This document shows positions 35,529 to 48,835 of a stretch of 64,000 bases of DNA, piece by piece (position 1 is the stretch's first letter; the number at the start of each line of letters is the position of its first letter). Source of the DNA: Nitrospirota bacterium (GTDB lineage Bacteria; Nitrospirota; Thermodesulfovibrionia; Thermodesulfovibrionales; JdFR-86). The stretch lies in assembly GCA_963721805.1 (NCBI GenBank), contig CAVRJY010000001.1, positions 128,001 through 192,000 of the forward strand, in the 5' to 3' direction. The notes under the pieces were generated by a model. That model did not search any database. It saw only the letters and a program-made list of their open reading frames with translations, and had not been told where the DNA came from. The position numbers and the translations under genes are program-made.

Positions 35529-37742
35529 ATGGAAAAGAACTACGGAGTATATATCTGCAACAGCTGCGGCATCGGCGATATGGTCGATACCGCAAAGGCC
35601 GGCAAGGATGCGGCCAAGAACGCCAAGTTCCCGGCCGAGAAGGTCAAGTGCGTGGACAAGCTCTGCTCCCCCGAGGGGCTGGCCGTGGTCAAGGCCGACA
35701 TGGCCGAGGGCGTAAACACGATCCTGATCGCCGCATGCTCGCCGCGCGCCAAGACGGACGAGTTCGACTTTCCGGGCGCGGTCGTCGAGCGCACGAACAT
35801 CCGCGAATTCATGTCCTGGAGCCAGCCGATGCCGACTGACCAGACGCCGGAGTACTACCACCCGCAGGGCATCGCGACCGACTATATAACGATGGGCATC
35901 ATCAAGTGCCAGAAGGGCGAGATGCCCGAGCCCGGCATACTGCCGGACCTCTCGAAGACCATATTGGTCGTCGGAGGCGGCATGGCAGGCTGCACCGCGG
36001 CCCTCGAGGCCGCAAACGCGGGCTACGAGGTCGTGCTCGTGGAGAAAGAGCCCGCGCTGGGCGGCATGGGCGCGAAGCTCTACAAGTCCACGCCCAGGAA
36101 GGCCCCTTACGACACGCTTGAGGAGTCCCCGGTAATCGAGAAGATAAAGGCCGTGCAGGGCAACCCGAAGATAAAGGTCTACACCGGAGCGAAGATCGCA
36201 AAGACAGAAGGCCAGCCCGGCCTGTTCGACGTGACGCTCACGAGCGGCGATACGTTCCGCGCCGGGGCGATAGTGCTCGCGGCCGGTTGGCAGCCCTACG
36301 ACGCGACGAAGCTCACCCACCTCGGCTACGGCCTGCCCGGCGTAGTGACGAGCCTGGAGTTCGAGGAGATGGCGAAGGCCGGAAAGATCACGGCCAAGCG
36401 CGTGGCGTTCATACAGTGCGCCGGGTCGCGTGACGAAAACCACCTTCCTTATTGCTCCTCTTTCTGCTGCGCGACGTCGCTGAAGCAGGCCAAGTACGTG
36501 CGCGAGGCCTCCCAGGACGCGATGGCGTACATATTCTACCGCGACATCCGCACCCCCGGGCAGACCGAGCTGTTCTACAAAAACATGCAGAACGACCCCG
36601 GCATCATGCTGACGAAGGGTGACGTAAAGGGCATAACGGCCGAGGGCGGCAAGCTCTACGTCGAGGCAGCGGACACGCTGCTCGGAGCCAGCGTAAAGGT
36701 CGAGGCGGACCTCGTGGTGCTCGCAATCGGCGTAGTGCCGGCCACGGCGCCTTCTCAGAAATACCTCGACGACCTCAAGGTCGAGGCAGGCAAGGGCGAC
36801 GACGCCAAGGCAGCGTTCCTCGCTAATACGCCTGTCCCCGAGAACCTCCTAAACCTTGCTTACAAACAGGGCCCGGAGCTCCCGTCGCTTGAGGGCGCAT
36901 ACGGGTTTGCCGATAGCAACTTCATCTGCTTCCAGTACGAGACGCGCCGCACGGGCATATACGCGGCCGGCTCGATCCGCCAGCCCGGCACGATGGCCGA
37001 CGCAGAGGCCGACGCCGCGGGCGCCGCTCTAAAGGCCATACAGTGCACCGAGCACGTGGCGCAGGGCATCGCCGTGCACCCGAGGGCTTGGGACACGACC
37101 TTCCCCGACCCGATGATGCAGCGCTGCACGTCCTGCAAACGCTGCACTGAGGAATGCCCCTTCGGCGCTATCGACGAGGACGAGAAGGGCACGCCGTTTT
37201 ACAAGATCAACCGCTGCCGCCGCTGCGGCACGTGCATGGGCGCATGCCCCGAGCGCATCGTGTCGTTTAAGGACTACAGCGTCGACATGGTCGGAGCGAT
37301 GCTCAAGAGCGTAGAGGTTCCGGAAGAGGGCCTCCGCATCATCTGCCTGGCGTGCGAAAACGACGCATACCCGGCGATAGACGCACTCGCCAAGAGGGGC
37401 AGCGAGATCCACCCCGGCGTCCGGTTCATACCGATGCGCTGCCTGGGCTCGACGAACCTCGTCTGGGTCGCCGACGCCTTCAGCAAGGGCGTCGACGGGC
37501 TGCTGCTGCTAGGCTGCAAGTACGGCGAGAACTACCAGTGCCACTTCGTCAAGGGTTCGGAACTGGCCCAGGTCCGGTTCAGCAAGGTGCAGGAGACGCT
37601 CAACAGGCTCCAGCTCGAGGCCGACCGCTGCCAGATGATGCAGATCGCGATCAACGAGTACGACAAGCTGCCGGGGATGATCAACGAGTTCGTCAAAAAG
37701 ATCGAGGACGTCTTCGGCCCGAATCCCTTTAAGAGCTTCTAG
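35529..37742 (+). CDS. qmoB: QmoB (HdrA-like + ferredoxin + MvhD domain)
   Basis: GFADSNFICF, CTSCKRCTEECP, CENDAYPA, GCKYGENYQCHF. Confidence 0.95.
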   Translation: MEKNYGVYICNSCGIGDMVDTAKAGKDAAKNAKFPAEKVKCVDKLCSPEGLAVVKADMAEGVNTILIAACSPRAKTDEFDFPGAVVERTNIREFMSWSQPMPTDQTPEYYHPQGIATDYITMGIIKCQKGEMPEPGILPDLSKTILVVGGGMAGCTAALEAANAGYEVVLVEKEPALGGMGAKLYKSTPRKAPYDTLEESPVIEKIKAVQGNPKIKVYTGAKIAKTEGQPGLFDVTLTSGDTFRAGAIVLAAGWQPYDATKLTHLGYGLPGVVTSLEFEEMAKAGKITAKRVAFIQCAGSRDENHLPYCSSFCCATSLKQAKYVREASQDAMAYIFYRDIRTPGQTELFYKNMQNDPGIMLTKGDVKGITAEGGKLYVEAADTLLGASVKVEADLVVLAIGVVPATAPSQKYLDDLKVEAGKGDDAKAAFLANTPVPENLLNLAYKQGPELPSLEGAYGFADSNFICFQYETRRTGIYAAGSIRQPGTMADAEADAAGAALKAIQCTEHVAQGIAVHPRAWDTTFPDPMMQRCTSCKRCTEECPFGAIDEDEKGTPFYKINRCRRCGTCMGACPERIVSFKDYSVDMVGAMLKSVEVPEEGLRIICLACENDAYPAIDALAKRGSEIHPGVRFIPMRCLGSTNLVWVADAFSKGVDGLLLLGCKYGENYQCHFVKGSELAQVRFSKVQETLNRLQLEADRCQMMQIAINEYDKLPGMINEFVKKIEDVFGPNPFKSF

Positions 37743-37760
37743 AGGAGGAATGAGATAGAT

Positions 37761-38891
37761 ATGAGCGAGAAGGTAATCAAACCCGATCTTGAGTTCGTAA
37801 ACGACGTGATAGCGGCCGGGGGCACCGATCTGAAGAAGTGCTTCCAGTGCGCCACGTGCTCGGTCGTCTGCAACATGACGCCCGACGACCACCCCTTCCC
37901 GCGCAAGGAGATGATAAACGCGCAGTGGGGACTCAAGGACGAGCTTTTCCGCAACCCCGACATATGGCTCTGCCACCAGTGCAGCGACTGCACCGCGCAC
38001 TGCCCCCGCGGAGCCAAGCCCGGCGAGGTCCTAAACGCGATCCGCAAGATGAGCATCCAGCACTACTCCGCGCCGTCGTGGCTCTCAAAGCTCGTCAACG
38101 ACCCGCGCTACCTCCTGCTGCTGCTCGTGCTCCCCGTGGTGCTGCTGCTGGGCGTCATGACCGCCAACAAGATCAACATAGGCAGCCCCGAGCGTCCGGA
38201 CGGCAACATAATATTCGCCAAGTTCATCCCGACCACGACGGGGATAGACCCGCTGTTCGTCACCGCGTTTGCCTTCGCGGTCATAATGCTGTTTATGGGC
38301 ATCAGGCGCTACTGGGCCGACATGCGCAAGACGGCCGAGCCCGAGGGCTTCATGATCGACGGCGTCATCGCGACTATATCGGAGGTCTTCACCCACAAGA
38401 ACTTCAAGAAGTGTAACGTGACGGTCAGCCGTTCGGTCTCACACCTGATCGTGTTCTACAGCTTCGTGGCGCTCGCGATCACGACCGCCATCGCTGCGGC
38501 GTACCTCTACGGCACAGAGTTCGGGTTCCTCCACAAGGAGCAGCCCTATTCGCTTCTGGACCCGATGAAGATCCTCGGCAATGCGGGCGCTATCGCCCTT
38601 GCCCTCGGCATCCTCCTCGTGATAATGAACCGCTTCTCCAACGCCGAGAAGGCGGGTATGGGCGGGTATTACGACTGGCTCTTCATCGGCATAGTGACGT
38701 ACATCGCGGCCTCGGGCATAATGTCCGAGCTGCTGAGGCTCGCGGGCATGGGCGTGGCGTACCCGATTTATTTCTCGCACCTGGTCGCGGTGTTTTTCCT
38801 TTTCTTCTACGCGCCTTACTCGAAGATGGCGCACATGCTCTACAGGGGCACGGCGATGGTGTTTGCCAAGATGACCAAGAGGAAGTACTAG
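37761..38891 (+). CDS. qmoC: QmoC (HdrC-like Fe-S + heme b membrane domain)
   Basis: CFQCATCSVVC, WLCHQCSDCTAHCPRG, TM helices, PYSKMAH. Confidence 0.95.
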   Translation: MSEKVIKPDLEFVNDVIAAGGTDLKKCFQCATCSVVCNMTPDDHPFPRKEMINAQWGLKDELFRNPDIWLCHQCSDCTAHCPRGAKPGEVLNAIRKMSIQHYSAPSWLSKLVNDPRYLLLLLVLPVVLLLGVMTANKINIGSPERPDGNIIFAKFIPTTTGIDPLFVTAFAFAVIMLFMGIRRYWADMRKTAEPEGFMIDGVIATISEVFTHKNFKKCNVTVSRSVSHLIVFYSFVALAITTAIAAAYLYGTEFGFLHKEQPYSLLDPMKILGNAGAIALALGILLVIMNRFSNAEKAGMGGYYDWLFIGIVTYIAASGIMSELLRLAGMGVAYPIYFSHLVAVFFLFFYAPYSKMAHMLYRGTAMVFAKMTKRKY

Positions 38892-38913
38892 GAATCCCCA
38901 GGAGGCACGGGCC

Positions 38914-39339
38914 ATGACGCTAAGGGAGATCATCAAGGAAAAGGGCTATGAGGTCATCGCCGTGGACGGCTCGCTCACGGTGGCCGACGCTGTCAGGAAG
39001 ATGGTCGACCGCAACATAGGCTCGCTGCTCGTGATGTGCGACGACGGCACGACCGGGATGTTCACCGAGCGCGACGTGCTCAAGTGCTGGGCCGCCGGCA
39101 AGCTCGGCAACTTCCCGATCAGCGACGTCATGACGCGCAACCTGATCGTGGTGCAGGCTACGGACAGCATCGAGGACGCGATGTCGATCATGATCCAGCA
39201 CGGCATACGCCACCTGCCGGTGATGGACAGCGGGAAGATCATCAGCGTGCTTTCGATGCGCGACGTGGTAAAGACGCAGGTAGGTCAGCTCCAGGCCGAG
39301 GTGCATTATCTCAAGGAGTTCCTCACGGCCGGGGGTTAG
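38914..39339 (+). CDS. Stand-alone CBS-pair protein
   Basis: IGSLLV, GMFTERD, IRHLPV, LSMRDVVK. Confidence 0.9.
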   Translation: MTLREIIKEKGYEVIAVDGSLTVADAVRKMVDRNIGSLLVMCDDGTTGMFTERDVLKCWAAGKLGNFPISDVMTRNLIVVQATDSIEDAMSIMIQHGIRHLPVMDSGKIISVLSMRDVVKTQVGQLQAEVHYLKEFLTAGG

Positions 39340-39411
39340 TTAATAGAGCAGGAATCAGGGAGGTCACCATAAGGTTATGGTCAAATCAATTTTAAGGAGG
39401 GGTACAAGCTT

Positions 39412-41499
<2,088 letters not shown>

Positions 41500-41520
41500 G
41501 AGCGTTTCATCCGCAACCCA

Positions 41521-41554
41521 AAACCGGCCCCTCGAAAGGGGGGCCGGTTTTTTT
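41521..41554 (+). terminator. Rho-independent terminator
   Basis: AAACCGGCCCC-tcgaaagg-GGGGCCGGTTT followed by T-tract. Confidence 0.9.
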
Positions 41555-41562
41555 GTTCTTTG

Positions 41563-41861
41563 AAAGCGCGCTAAAGTCGCGTGATACGTCGTTACGGTTC
41601 GAATCCTCGCCCTCGATGTACGTCACAGTACACCGTCGGGCGGTCTTCTCGCCGCTCCTAGTCTGAGCCTAATTTCGGCCCGCTTTGCGGGGTTAGACGC
41701 GGCAAGGGCATTTATTGAAAGGGCCTGTCGGCCCCCGCTGGACCCCGCACCCCAAGGTCAACGGCTTATTTGATGCCTTTTTCCGGGGTTGGTCGCGGCA
41801 AGTGCTTTTATTGAAAGGGCCGGTCGGCCCCCGCTGGACCCCGCACCCCAAGGTCAACGGC
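41563..41861 (+). repeat. Palindromic intergenic repeat, copy C, with duplicated 78-bp tail
   Basis: Core 41563-41686; tails 41688-41765 and 41784-41861 (5 mismatches), each ending GGTCAACGGC. Confidence 0.88.
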
Positions 41862-41952
41862 ATTCGTTAAAAAATATTCATAGCGGTCAGGTTATTGCAT
41901 GTGGTTCATGCCAGTCTAGATAATGCAGAGCAAGGACAGTTTTGTGCGTGGA

Positions 41953-41981
41953 TTGACATGCACCCTTTAAGCACTTATCAT
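41953..41981 (+). promoter_or_regulatory. Sigma70 promoter
   Basis: TTGACA-N17-TATCAT upstream of GGAGG RBS and ATG 42007. Confidence 0.75.
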
Positions 41982-42006
41982 ATTGCAAATACAAGTGGAG
42001 GTGTAG

Positions 42007-42522
42007 ATGAGTTTTATAGATGACAATCTAATGGCGGGCGAGAGGGTTGTGTATCGAACTCAGCTTCACTGGGCGATATTTATCATGCCAATTGTGCTGA
42101 CACTGACAGTCGTGTTTGCGATCATCGGAATCCCATGGCTGGTTATTATCTACATCGCGTATAAATCCTCGGAATTTGCGGTGACCAATAAAAGGGTATT
42201 GATCAAGGTCGGGCTTATCAGGCGTGAGTCTCTTGAAACGCTTCTTCAGAAAGTTGAAGGCATACATGTCGAACAGGACATTCTTGGCCGTATATTTAAT
42301 TATGGGACAATCATAGTCAAGGGTACTGGTGGAACAAGCAATCCATTTAAGACAATTTGTTCACCGTTTGAGTTTCGCAAAATAGTGCAAGAGCAGGTCG
42401 AGAAATCATATGGGCAGCAAGGTGCTACTGAAGTTGCAGGTAAAGTGTTTTGCCGGCACTGCGGTGAGGCAAGCTTGAAGGGTTCAAGGTTTTGCAGTAG
42501 GTGCGGTAAAGAGATGGCATAA
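42007..42522 (+). CDS. Bacterial PH-domain membrane protein with C-terminal zinc ribbon
   Basis: EFAVTNKRV, GRIFNYGTI bPH motifs; CRHCG...FCSRCG; visibly AT-richer than flanks. Confidence 0.85.
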   Translation: MSFIDDNLMAGERVVYRTQLHWAIFIMPIVLTLTVVFAIIGIPWLVIIYIAYKSSEFAVTNKRVLIKVGLIRRESLETLLQKVEGIHVEQDILGRIFNYGTIIVKGTGGTSNPFKTICSPFEFRKIVQEQVEKSYGQQGATEVAGKVFCRHCGEASLKGSRFCSRCGKEMA

Positions 42523-42523
42523 G

Positions 42524-42799
42524 GTGAAAAGTTACCGCTTTACAGCGAGGTTCGAGAAGGCATTCGGCCGGTTGCCGGAGGATGCGGCGGAGCTGTTTTT
42601 GAAAAAGCTCCCGCTGCTGCTCGTGAACATGCGGCATCCTTCGCTGCGCGTAAAGAAGATGCTGGGCCTGCACGACCCTGAGGTCTGGGAGGGCTCGCTC
42701 AGCATGGATTACCGATTCACGTTTCAGGTAGAAAAAGACGGCACGCTGACGTTCAGGAGCATCGGCCACCATGGGATATTGGATAAAGAGAAGAACTAA
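42524..42799 (+). CDS. RelE-superfamily toxin-like protein
   Basis: TARFEKAF, HPSLRVKKM, WEGSLSMDYRFTF, IGHHGIL. Confidence 0.8.
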   Translation: MKSYRFTARFEKAFGRLPEDAAELFLKKLPLLLVNMRHPSLRVKKMLGLHDPEVWEGSLSMDYRFTFQVEKDGTLTFRSIGHHGILDKEKN

Positions 42800-43104
42800 G
42801 CGGGTTTCTTTGCGCGGCTGGACTTGCGGAGCTTTTTTAAATGCTCGATCCCTTCAGCGGGGGTGGAGAACTTCTTCGATACCCTGCCGGCCTTGATGTC
42901 CTCTTCGGCCTCGCGCTCCGCGTCCTGCCAGCCCTTTTGCCAAAACCACGCCTGATCCGCATCGACGAGCTTCTTGGCCTTGACCGAGACGCCGCGCTCG
43001 CCCACGACGAAATCGAGGTAGTCGCCCGCCTGAGCGTTCATCGCCTCCATGACGTCCTTGGGTATGCGGACCTGTCCGCTGGGGCTGATCTTCACTGTGC
43101 TCAT
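42796..43104 (-). CDS. AbrB/MazE-type antitoxin
   Basis: KISPSGQVRIPK AbrB fold; DQAWFWQKGWQDAEREAEEDIKAGRV; promoter TTGACT-N18-TAGAAT 6 nt before ATG. Confidence 0.85.
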   Translation of the reverse strand: MSTVKISPSGQVRIPKDVMEAMNAQAGDYLDFVVGERGVSVKAKKLVDADQAWFWQKGWQDAEREAEEDIKAGRVSKKFSTPAEGIEHLKKLRKSSRAKKPA

Positions 43105-43151
43105 ATGTTTATTCTAAACATATATTGGTCTTGTAGTCAACTCTAATTAGT

Positions 43152-43324
43152 GCCGTTGACCTTGTGGGGCGCGGGGGGGCTTCCGCAATCCTCTCCCCCC
43201 GAAAGCGCGCCCAAATCGTCTTCAGACAAGGCAGGGCGAGAAGACCGCCCGACGACGTACTGAGACGTACATCGAGGGCGAGTCTTTGATGCCCAACGCA
43301 GTATCAAGCGATTTGGAGCGCTTT
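43152..43324 (-). repeat. Palindromic intergenic repeat, copy D
   Basis: Reverse complement closely matches copy A along its whole length. Confidence 0.9.
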
Positions 43325-43424
43325 AAAGAAGCGAGCGATTAGGGATAAGCGACCGGATGCCCCCTCTCTCCCTCTGGGGGTGAGGGAGAGAGGGACCGAT
43401 CCGGGTGTGGGTACGGGCGGGTTG

Positions 43425-43808
43425 TTAATTGGAGGTGACGGACGCCCCCATGACCTCGATCTTGCGGCCCTTGGCGGCCTCGGCCTTAGGCATCGCGAGC
43501 GTGAGCACGCCGTTACGGACGGACGCTGTGATGCGGTCGCGGTCGATCTCGTCAGTGAGCTTAAAATCCCTGCGGTAGCTGCCGACGCCGTGCTCCGAGT
43601 ACACGAGCTTGTAGCCGCCGAGCGGCTCGGCCGGCTCGACCCTGCCCGCTATCGAGAGCAGGTTCTTCTCGATGGTGATATCCACTGATTTTTCGTCCAC
43701 GCCGGGCATCTCGGCCCGAAGCACGATCTCGCCGCCCTGCTCGAAGATGTCCACGGCCGGGCTATAGAGTCTTTCCTTCTTCTCGGTGAGTTCCGCTGTG
43801 CATGTCAT
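43425..43808 (-). CDS. Hsp20/alpha-crystallin small heat-shock protein
   Basis: PAVDIFE, AEMPGV, ASVRNGVLTLAMPK. Confidence 0.93.
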   Translation of the reverse strand: MTCTAELTEKKERLYSPAVDIFEQGGEIVLRAEMPGVDEKSVDITIEKNLLSIAGRVEPAEPLGGYKLVYSEHGVGSYRRDFKLTDEIDRDRITASVRNGVLTLAMPKAEAAKGRKIEVMGASVTSN

Positions 43809-43866
43809 ATTAATTTCCCTCTCTCGTTCTATGATCGCAGGCCGACGGCCTGAACGTCGCTATATA

Positions 43867-43883
43867 TAACAAGGAACGTGCCA
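43867..43883 (-). promoter_or_regulatory. Sigma54 (-24/-12)-like promoter of hsp20
   Basis: TGGCAC-GTTCC-TTGTT on minus strand (consensus TGGCAC-N5-TTGC, one deviation); sigma54 activator gene immediately upstream. Confidence 0.65.
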
Positions 43884-44016
43884 GGGATAATACACTTTAA
43901 AAACAACGCTTTCTTGGCCGGCTTGATTGGTATGGGTAGGGCGCTATGGGACATAATGTCCTAGATGAGTGCGAGAGTCAGGATCGGCGCGGGTATGGAA
44001 GGTAGGACGTTATGAC

Positions 44017-45458
<1,442 letters not shown>

Positions 45459-45459
<1 letters not shown>

Positions 45460-45752
45460 CAGTGCTTCGGCGGTTCTTTTTTCTCGGCCCATGCGCGGTA
45501 TCCGACCATGTAGTCGGCCACGACGCGTGCAGGGTCAAGCCCGAGCTGCTGGGCGTACAGGCGCAGGTAGCCGCGCAGGAAGACCTCGGCCGGGAGTTTC
45601 TGGAACTGCTCGTGCTCGATCGCATCGAAGTGTATCCAGCGGACCTTCGTGACCTGCTCCATCTCCTTGAGGTCGAGGCCGAGCTGTTCGCGGATGCCGC
45701 GCAAGTGCGGGCCTGTGTACCTCGAAGCGGCCGCCGCCTTCTCTTCGCCCAT
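45459..45752 (-). CDS. RodZ-like XRE helix-turn-helix protein
   Basis: GPHLRGIRE, AIEHEQF, LPAEVFLRGYLRLYA. Confidence 0.85.
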
Positions 45753-45861
45753 CGCCTACCCCCTCGCCCAAGGTAAATGCCCGGTCACTTTGGCCCAGTG
45801 CATAATGATACAACAGTACAACCATGGATGACAAGAAAATCCGGCGTCAAGGTCCTTGCCG

Positions 45862-46575
45862 CTACCTCAGCCCGTTTAGGTCTCCGAGGCTCTTGAAGGC
45901 GCGCAGGTAGTATCCGCGCAGCTCGCTGATATCGCCCGCGATCGCGGCGCGGTCTCCGGAGGCCGATGCGGCCTCGAGCCTCTCGATTGCATCGGTCTCG
46001 ACCTGCAGCAGGCCGTGGTATGCCTCGGTGTTTTCTCCTGCAAGGGGGGTAACGTCGGCCAGTTCGATCGAGCGCCAGAGGCTGCGAGCCTCGGGCGTGA
46101 GCCTCCGGACGCCCTGCAGCTCGGAGTCGGTTATCTGGCCGTCCGCCGCGGCCGAGGACAGCAGGCCGAGCGTCTCTTCGAACTCCAGGTACCTGTCGAT
46201 CACCGAGGGCTCGGGCCACGCCTCGTGCGCGGCAAGCCTCATTTTTCCGAGCTTCCTGTGGGCCTCGTGCAGCCTGTTTACGGTTATGTCGGCATATGCG
46301 GCCTCGGCCAGGTCGCCCGCTTCGGCAGCCGCGCTGCTCCAGGCAGGGTTAGCCTCGATGATGCCGCGGTTTTGGGTCAGAAAGAGCTTCCAGCGCATCC
46401 TGAGCCTCTCGAGCGCCAGGACCGCCTGCCCCGCGTCCCCGCCCTCATCGGTGAGCGTGTAGGCCGCGATCCATGTCCTGTCGATCAGCGCGTGGTCGAG
46501 GCCGGCCTCGGGCTCCTTGCATCCGGCCGCCGCGAGCGCGACGAATAAGGCCGCTGCCAGTAATCGCTTCATCAC
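45862..46575 (-). CDS. Hypothetical helical lipoprotein
   Basis: Signal peptide ending AAGC lipobox. Confidence 0.7.
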   Translation of the reverse strand: MMKRLLAAALFVALAAAGCKEPEAGLDHALIDRTWIAAYTLTDEGGDAGQAVLALERLRMRWKLFLTQNRGIIEANPAWSSAAAEAGDLAEAAYADITVNRLHEAHRKLGKMRLAAHEAWPEPSVIDRYLEFEETLGLLSSAAADGQITDSELQGVRRLTPEARSLWRSIELADVTPLAGENTEAYHGLLQVETDAIERLEAASASGDRAAIAGDISELRGYYLRAFKSLGDLNGLR

Positions 46576-46648
46576 AGGGTTATCATAACATGAACCCGCG
46601 AGGCTTGGGTTCCGCGGTATTGTAATCCTCCCTGTTTCCTGCTATCCT

Positions 46649-47845
46649 TTGGGCATCGGGGGAGTTGGGGAGACAGGTACGGAAAAGGAAAAGGGCGCGA
46701 ATCCGCTGGCCGGGCTTTCGGCGATGGGCAAGGACGAACTCCGCTCGGAGCTGATTAAGCTCAGGCGGAGGTACGCCCGCCTGGAAAAGACCGCGACGAA
46801 GGCCGGGGAGGCCGGAGAGGCGCAGCGCGCAGCGCATGACGAGCAGGTCAAGACCGAGGCGATACTCGGCGGGCTCGGCGTCGGCGTCATCATTCAGGAC
46901 CTCGATTACCGCGTGATGTACGAAAACCCCTTCCAGCAGGCCGTGACCGGCTCGCACATCGGGGAGCTCTGCTATCAGGCCTTCGAGGGCCTCGACCGGG
47001 CCTGCGAAGGCTGCCCGATGCGGCTGAGTATCTCCGACGGCGGCATACACAAGGGCTACCGAGAGATCAAGACCCAGGAGAGGACGAAGCATTTCGAGCT
47101 GATCACGACCCCGCTTAGGGACTCCGAGGGCAGGATCGTCGGTGGCATCAAGGTGGTGAGGGACATCACGGACCTCAGGGCCGCGCAGGCCGAGGCCGAA
47201 GGCGCGCTGGCCGCGCGCGACTCGCTGCTGCTGGAGATACACCACCGGGTCAAAAACAACATGCAGATCATCTCGAGCATCATAAGGCGGCAGGAACGCC
47301 ATGCCGCGAGCCCCGAGGTCGCCGACGCCCTCAGCGACGTGCAGGGCCGTATCCGCTCGATGGCCCTTGCACACGAAAAGCTCTTTTACTCGCCCACTCA
47401 CGACAGCATCAACATGGATGAATACGTCCGCGACCTCGCCGTCCACCTGGTGCAGAGTTTCCCCGGCAGCAAGTCCAAGGGCGTGGAGATAAAGCTCGAG
47501 GTCGAGCCTATATCCGTCTCGGCCGAGACCGCGATCCCCTGCGGCCTGATAGTGAACGAGGCCGTATCTAACGCCTTAAAGCACGCCTTCGGCGATGGCC
47601 GCACCGGGGCCGAGGTCTGCATCACGCTCAGGCGCGAGGACTGGGGCGGCCTCCTGCTGGAGGTCCGGGACAACGGCTCGGGCCTGCCTCCGGGCCTCGA
47701 CATCCGGAACTCCGTGTCGGTCGGCCTCGACCTCATGGCCATACTGGCCGAACAGCAGCTCCGGGGCGAGTTCGAGATAGAACGCACCGGGGGCACGACC
47801 GTGCGCGTCCTGTTTAAGGAACTCGAATACAAAAAGCGTTTTTGA
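46649..47845 (+). CDS. PAS-domain sensor histidine kinase (HisKA_2); start uncertain (TTG 46649 or ATG 46724)
   Basis: EIHHRVKNNMQ H-box, NEAVSNALKHAF, DNGSG; PAS with CY...CEGCP. Confidence 0.9.
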   Translation: MGIGGVGETGTEKEKGANPLAGLSAMGKDELRSELIKLRRRYARLEKTATKAGEAGEAQRAAHDEQVKTEAILGGLGVGVIIQDLDYRVMYENPFQQAVTGSHIGELCYQAFEGLDRACEGCPMRLSISDGGIHKGYREIKTQERTKHFELITTPLRDSEGRIVGGIKVVRDITDLRAAQAEAEGALAARDSLLLEIHHRVKNNMQIISSIIRRQERHAASPEVADALSDVQGRIRSMALAHEKLFYSPTHDSINMDEYVRDLAVHLVQSFPGSKSKGVEIKLEVEPISVSAETAIPCGLIVNEAVSNALKHAFGDGRTGAEVCITLRREDWGGLLLEVRDNGSGLPPGLDIRNSVSVGLDLMAILAEQQLRGEFEIERTGGTTVRVLFKELEYKKRF

Positions 47846-48021
47846 ACCTATCTCAAAATCCCTTCTGGCCGAAAGAGGCTGAAATCGCGGGATACTGCGT
47901 CGTAAAGAAAAAATCGTTCCTCGATGTAGCGCTGCTACACCGTCGTCCGATTTTCCCTTTCCTCCTTGTCTGCCACGATTTCCTCTCTCTTTCGCCTCAG
48001 AATCAATTTTGAGATAGGTTC
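47844..48021 (+). mobile_element. MITE-like element, 16-bp perfect terminal inverted repeats; divergent member (F) of palindromic repeat family
   Basis: GAACCTATCTCAAAAT (47844-47859) / ATTTTGAGATAGGTTC (48006-48021); interior has GAAATCGCGGGATAC...CCTCGATGTAGC-GCT-GCTACACCGTCG...GTCTG...CGATTTC. Confidence 0.8.
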
Positions 48022-48061
48022 TGATCCCACCTTCTTCCTCTTTGTTTGTTAGAATATCCCG

Positions 48062-48835
48062 ATGAATATAAAACGTATCGAGAGTGCAAAGAACCCCGCG
48101 CTTAAACCGCTGCTGTTTCCGAAGCGCGCCGGGGGCGCGTTCGTGGTCGAGGGTCCAAACCTGCTTGAGGCCGCGCTCCACTCCGGCCGCGTCGAACTCG
48201 GGCCGCTGTTCGTCACGGCCCGCGCCCTGGAGCGCCATCAAGACCTTATCGAGGCTGCCAGCCGCATCGCACCCGCCCTGTACGAGATACCCGAGCACGT
48301 GATGGCGCGCATCTCCGGGGTCGAGGCCCCGCCGGGCATGGCCGCGCTCTGCACCTTGAGCCGCGCATGGTCGGTGGATGATATCGAGCGCGCGTCCGTC
48401 ATAGTCGTGCTCGATGCGCTCGGGGAGCCCGGCAACGTCGGGACTATCATCCGGAGCGCCGAGGCCGCGGGTTCGGGAGGCGTGGTGGTGCTGCCGGGCA
48501 CCGCGGACCCGTACTCAGATAAGGCCCTGCGCGCATCGGCAGGGGCCACGCTTCGCATGCCGATAGTGAGGCTGGAGTCCATCGAGGCGCTGGGCGGGAT
48601 GCGCATATTGATCGCGGAGCCGCGCGGCGGGGTGGCGGTATACGAGGCCGACCTCAGGCCGCCGGTCGCTGTAGTATTCGGAAACGAGGCGCACGGCGCA
48701 TCCGGGATTACGAAGTTCAAGGCCTCGGGGACGGTCTCGATACCTCTTGCGGGGCGGGCCGAGAGCCTGAACGTCGCTGCGGCCGCTGCGGTCGTGCTTT
48801 TTGAGGCGCTAAGACAGAGGGGCGTTAAGGGATAG
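48062..48835 (+). CDS. TrmH/SpoU family RNA 2'-O-methyltransferase
   Basis: PGNVGTIIRSA, FGNEAHG, ESLNVA motifs. Confidence 0.92.
   Translation: MNIKRIESAKNPALKPLLFPKRAGGAFVVEGPNLLEAALHSGRVELGPLFVTARALERHQDLIEAASRIAPALYEIPEHVMARISGVEAPPGMAALCTLSRAWSVDDIERASVIVVLDALGEPGNVGTIIRSAEAAGSGGVVVLPGTADPYSDKALRASAGATLRMPIVRLESIEALGGMRILIAEPRGGVAVYEADLRPPVAVVFGNEAHGASGITKFKASGTVSIPLAGRAESLNVAAAAAVVLFEALRQRGVKG

Noticed and set aside
41581..41640. tRNA or tRNA fragment (GGTTCGAATCC T-loop-like motif)
   Set aside because: Lies inside repeat copy C; no cloverleaf or acceptor stem and other copies lack the motif
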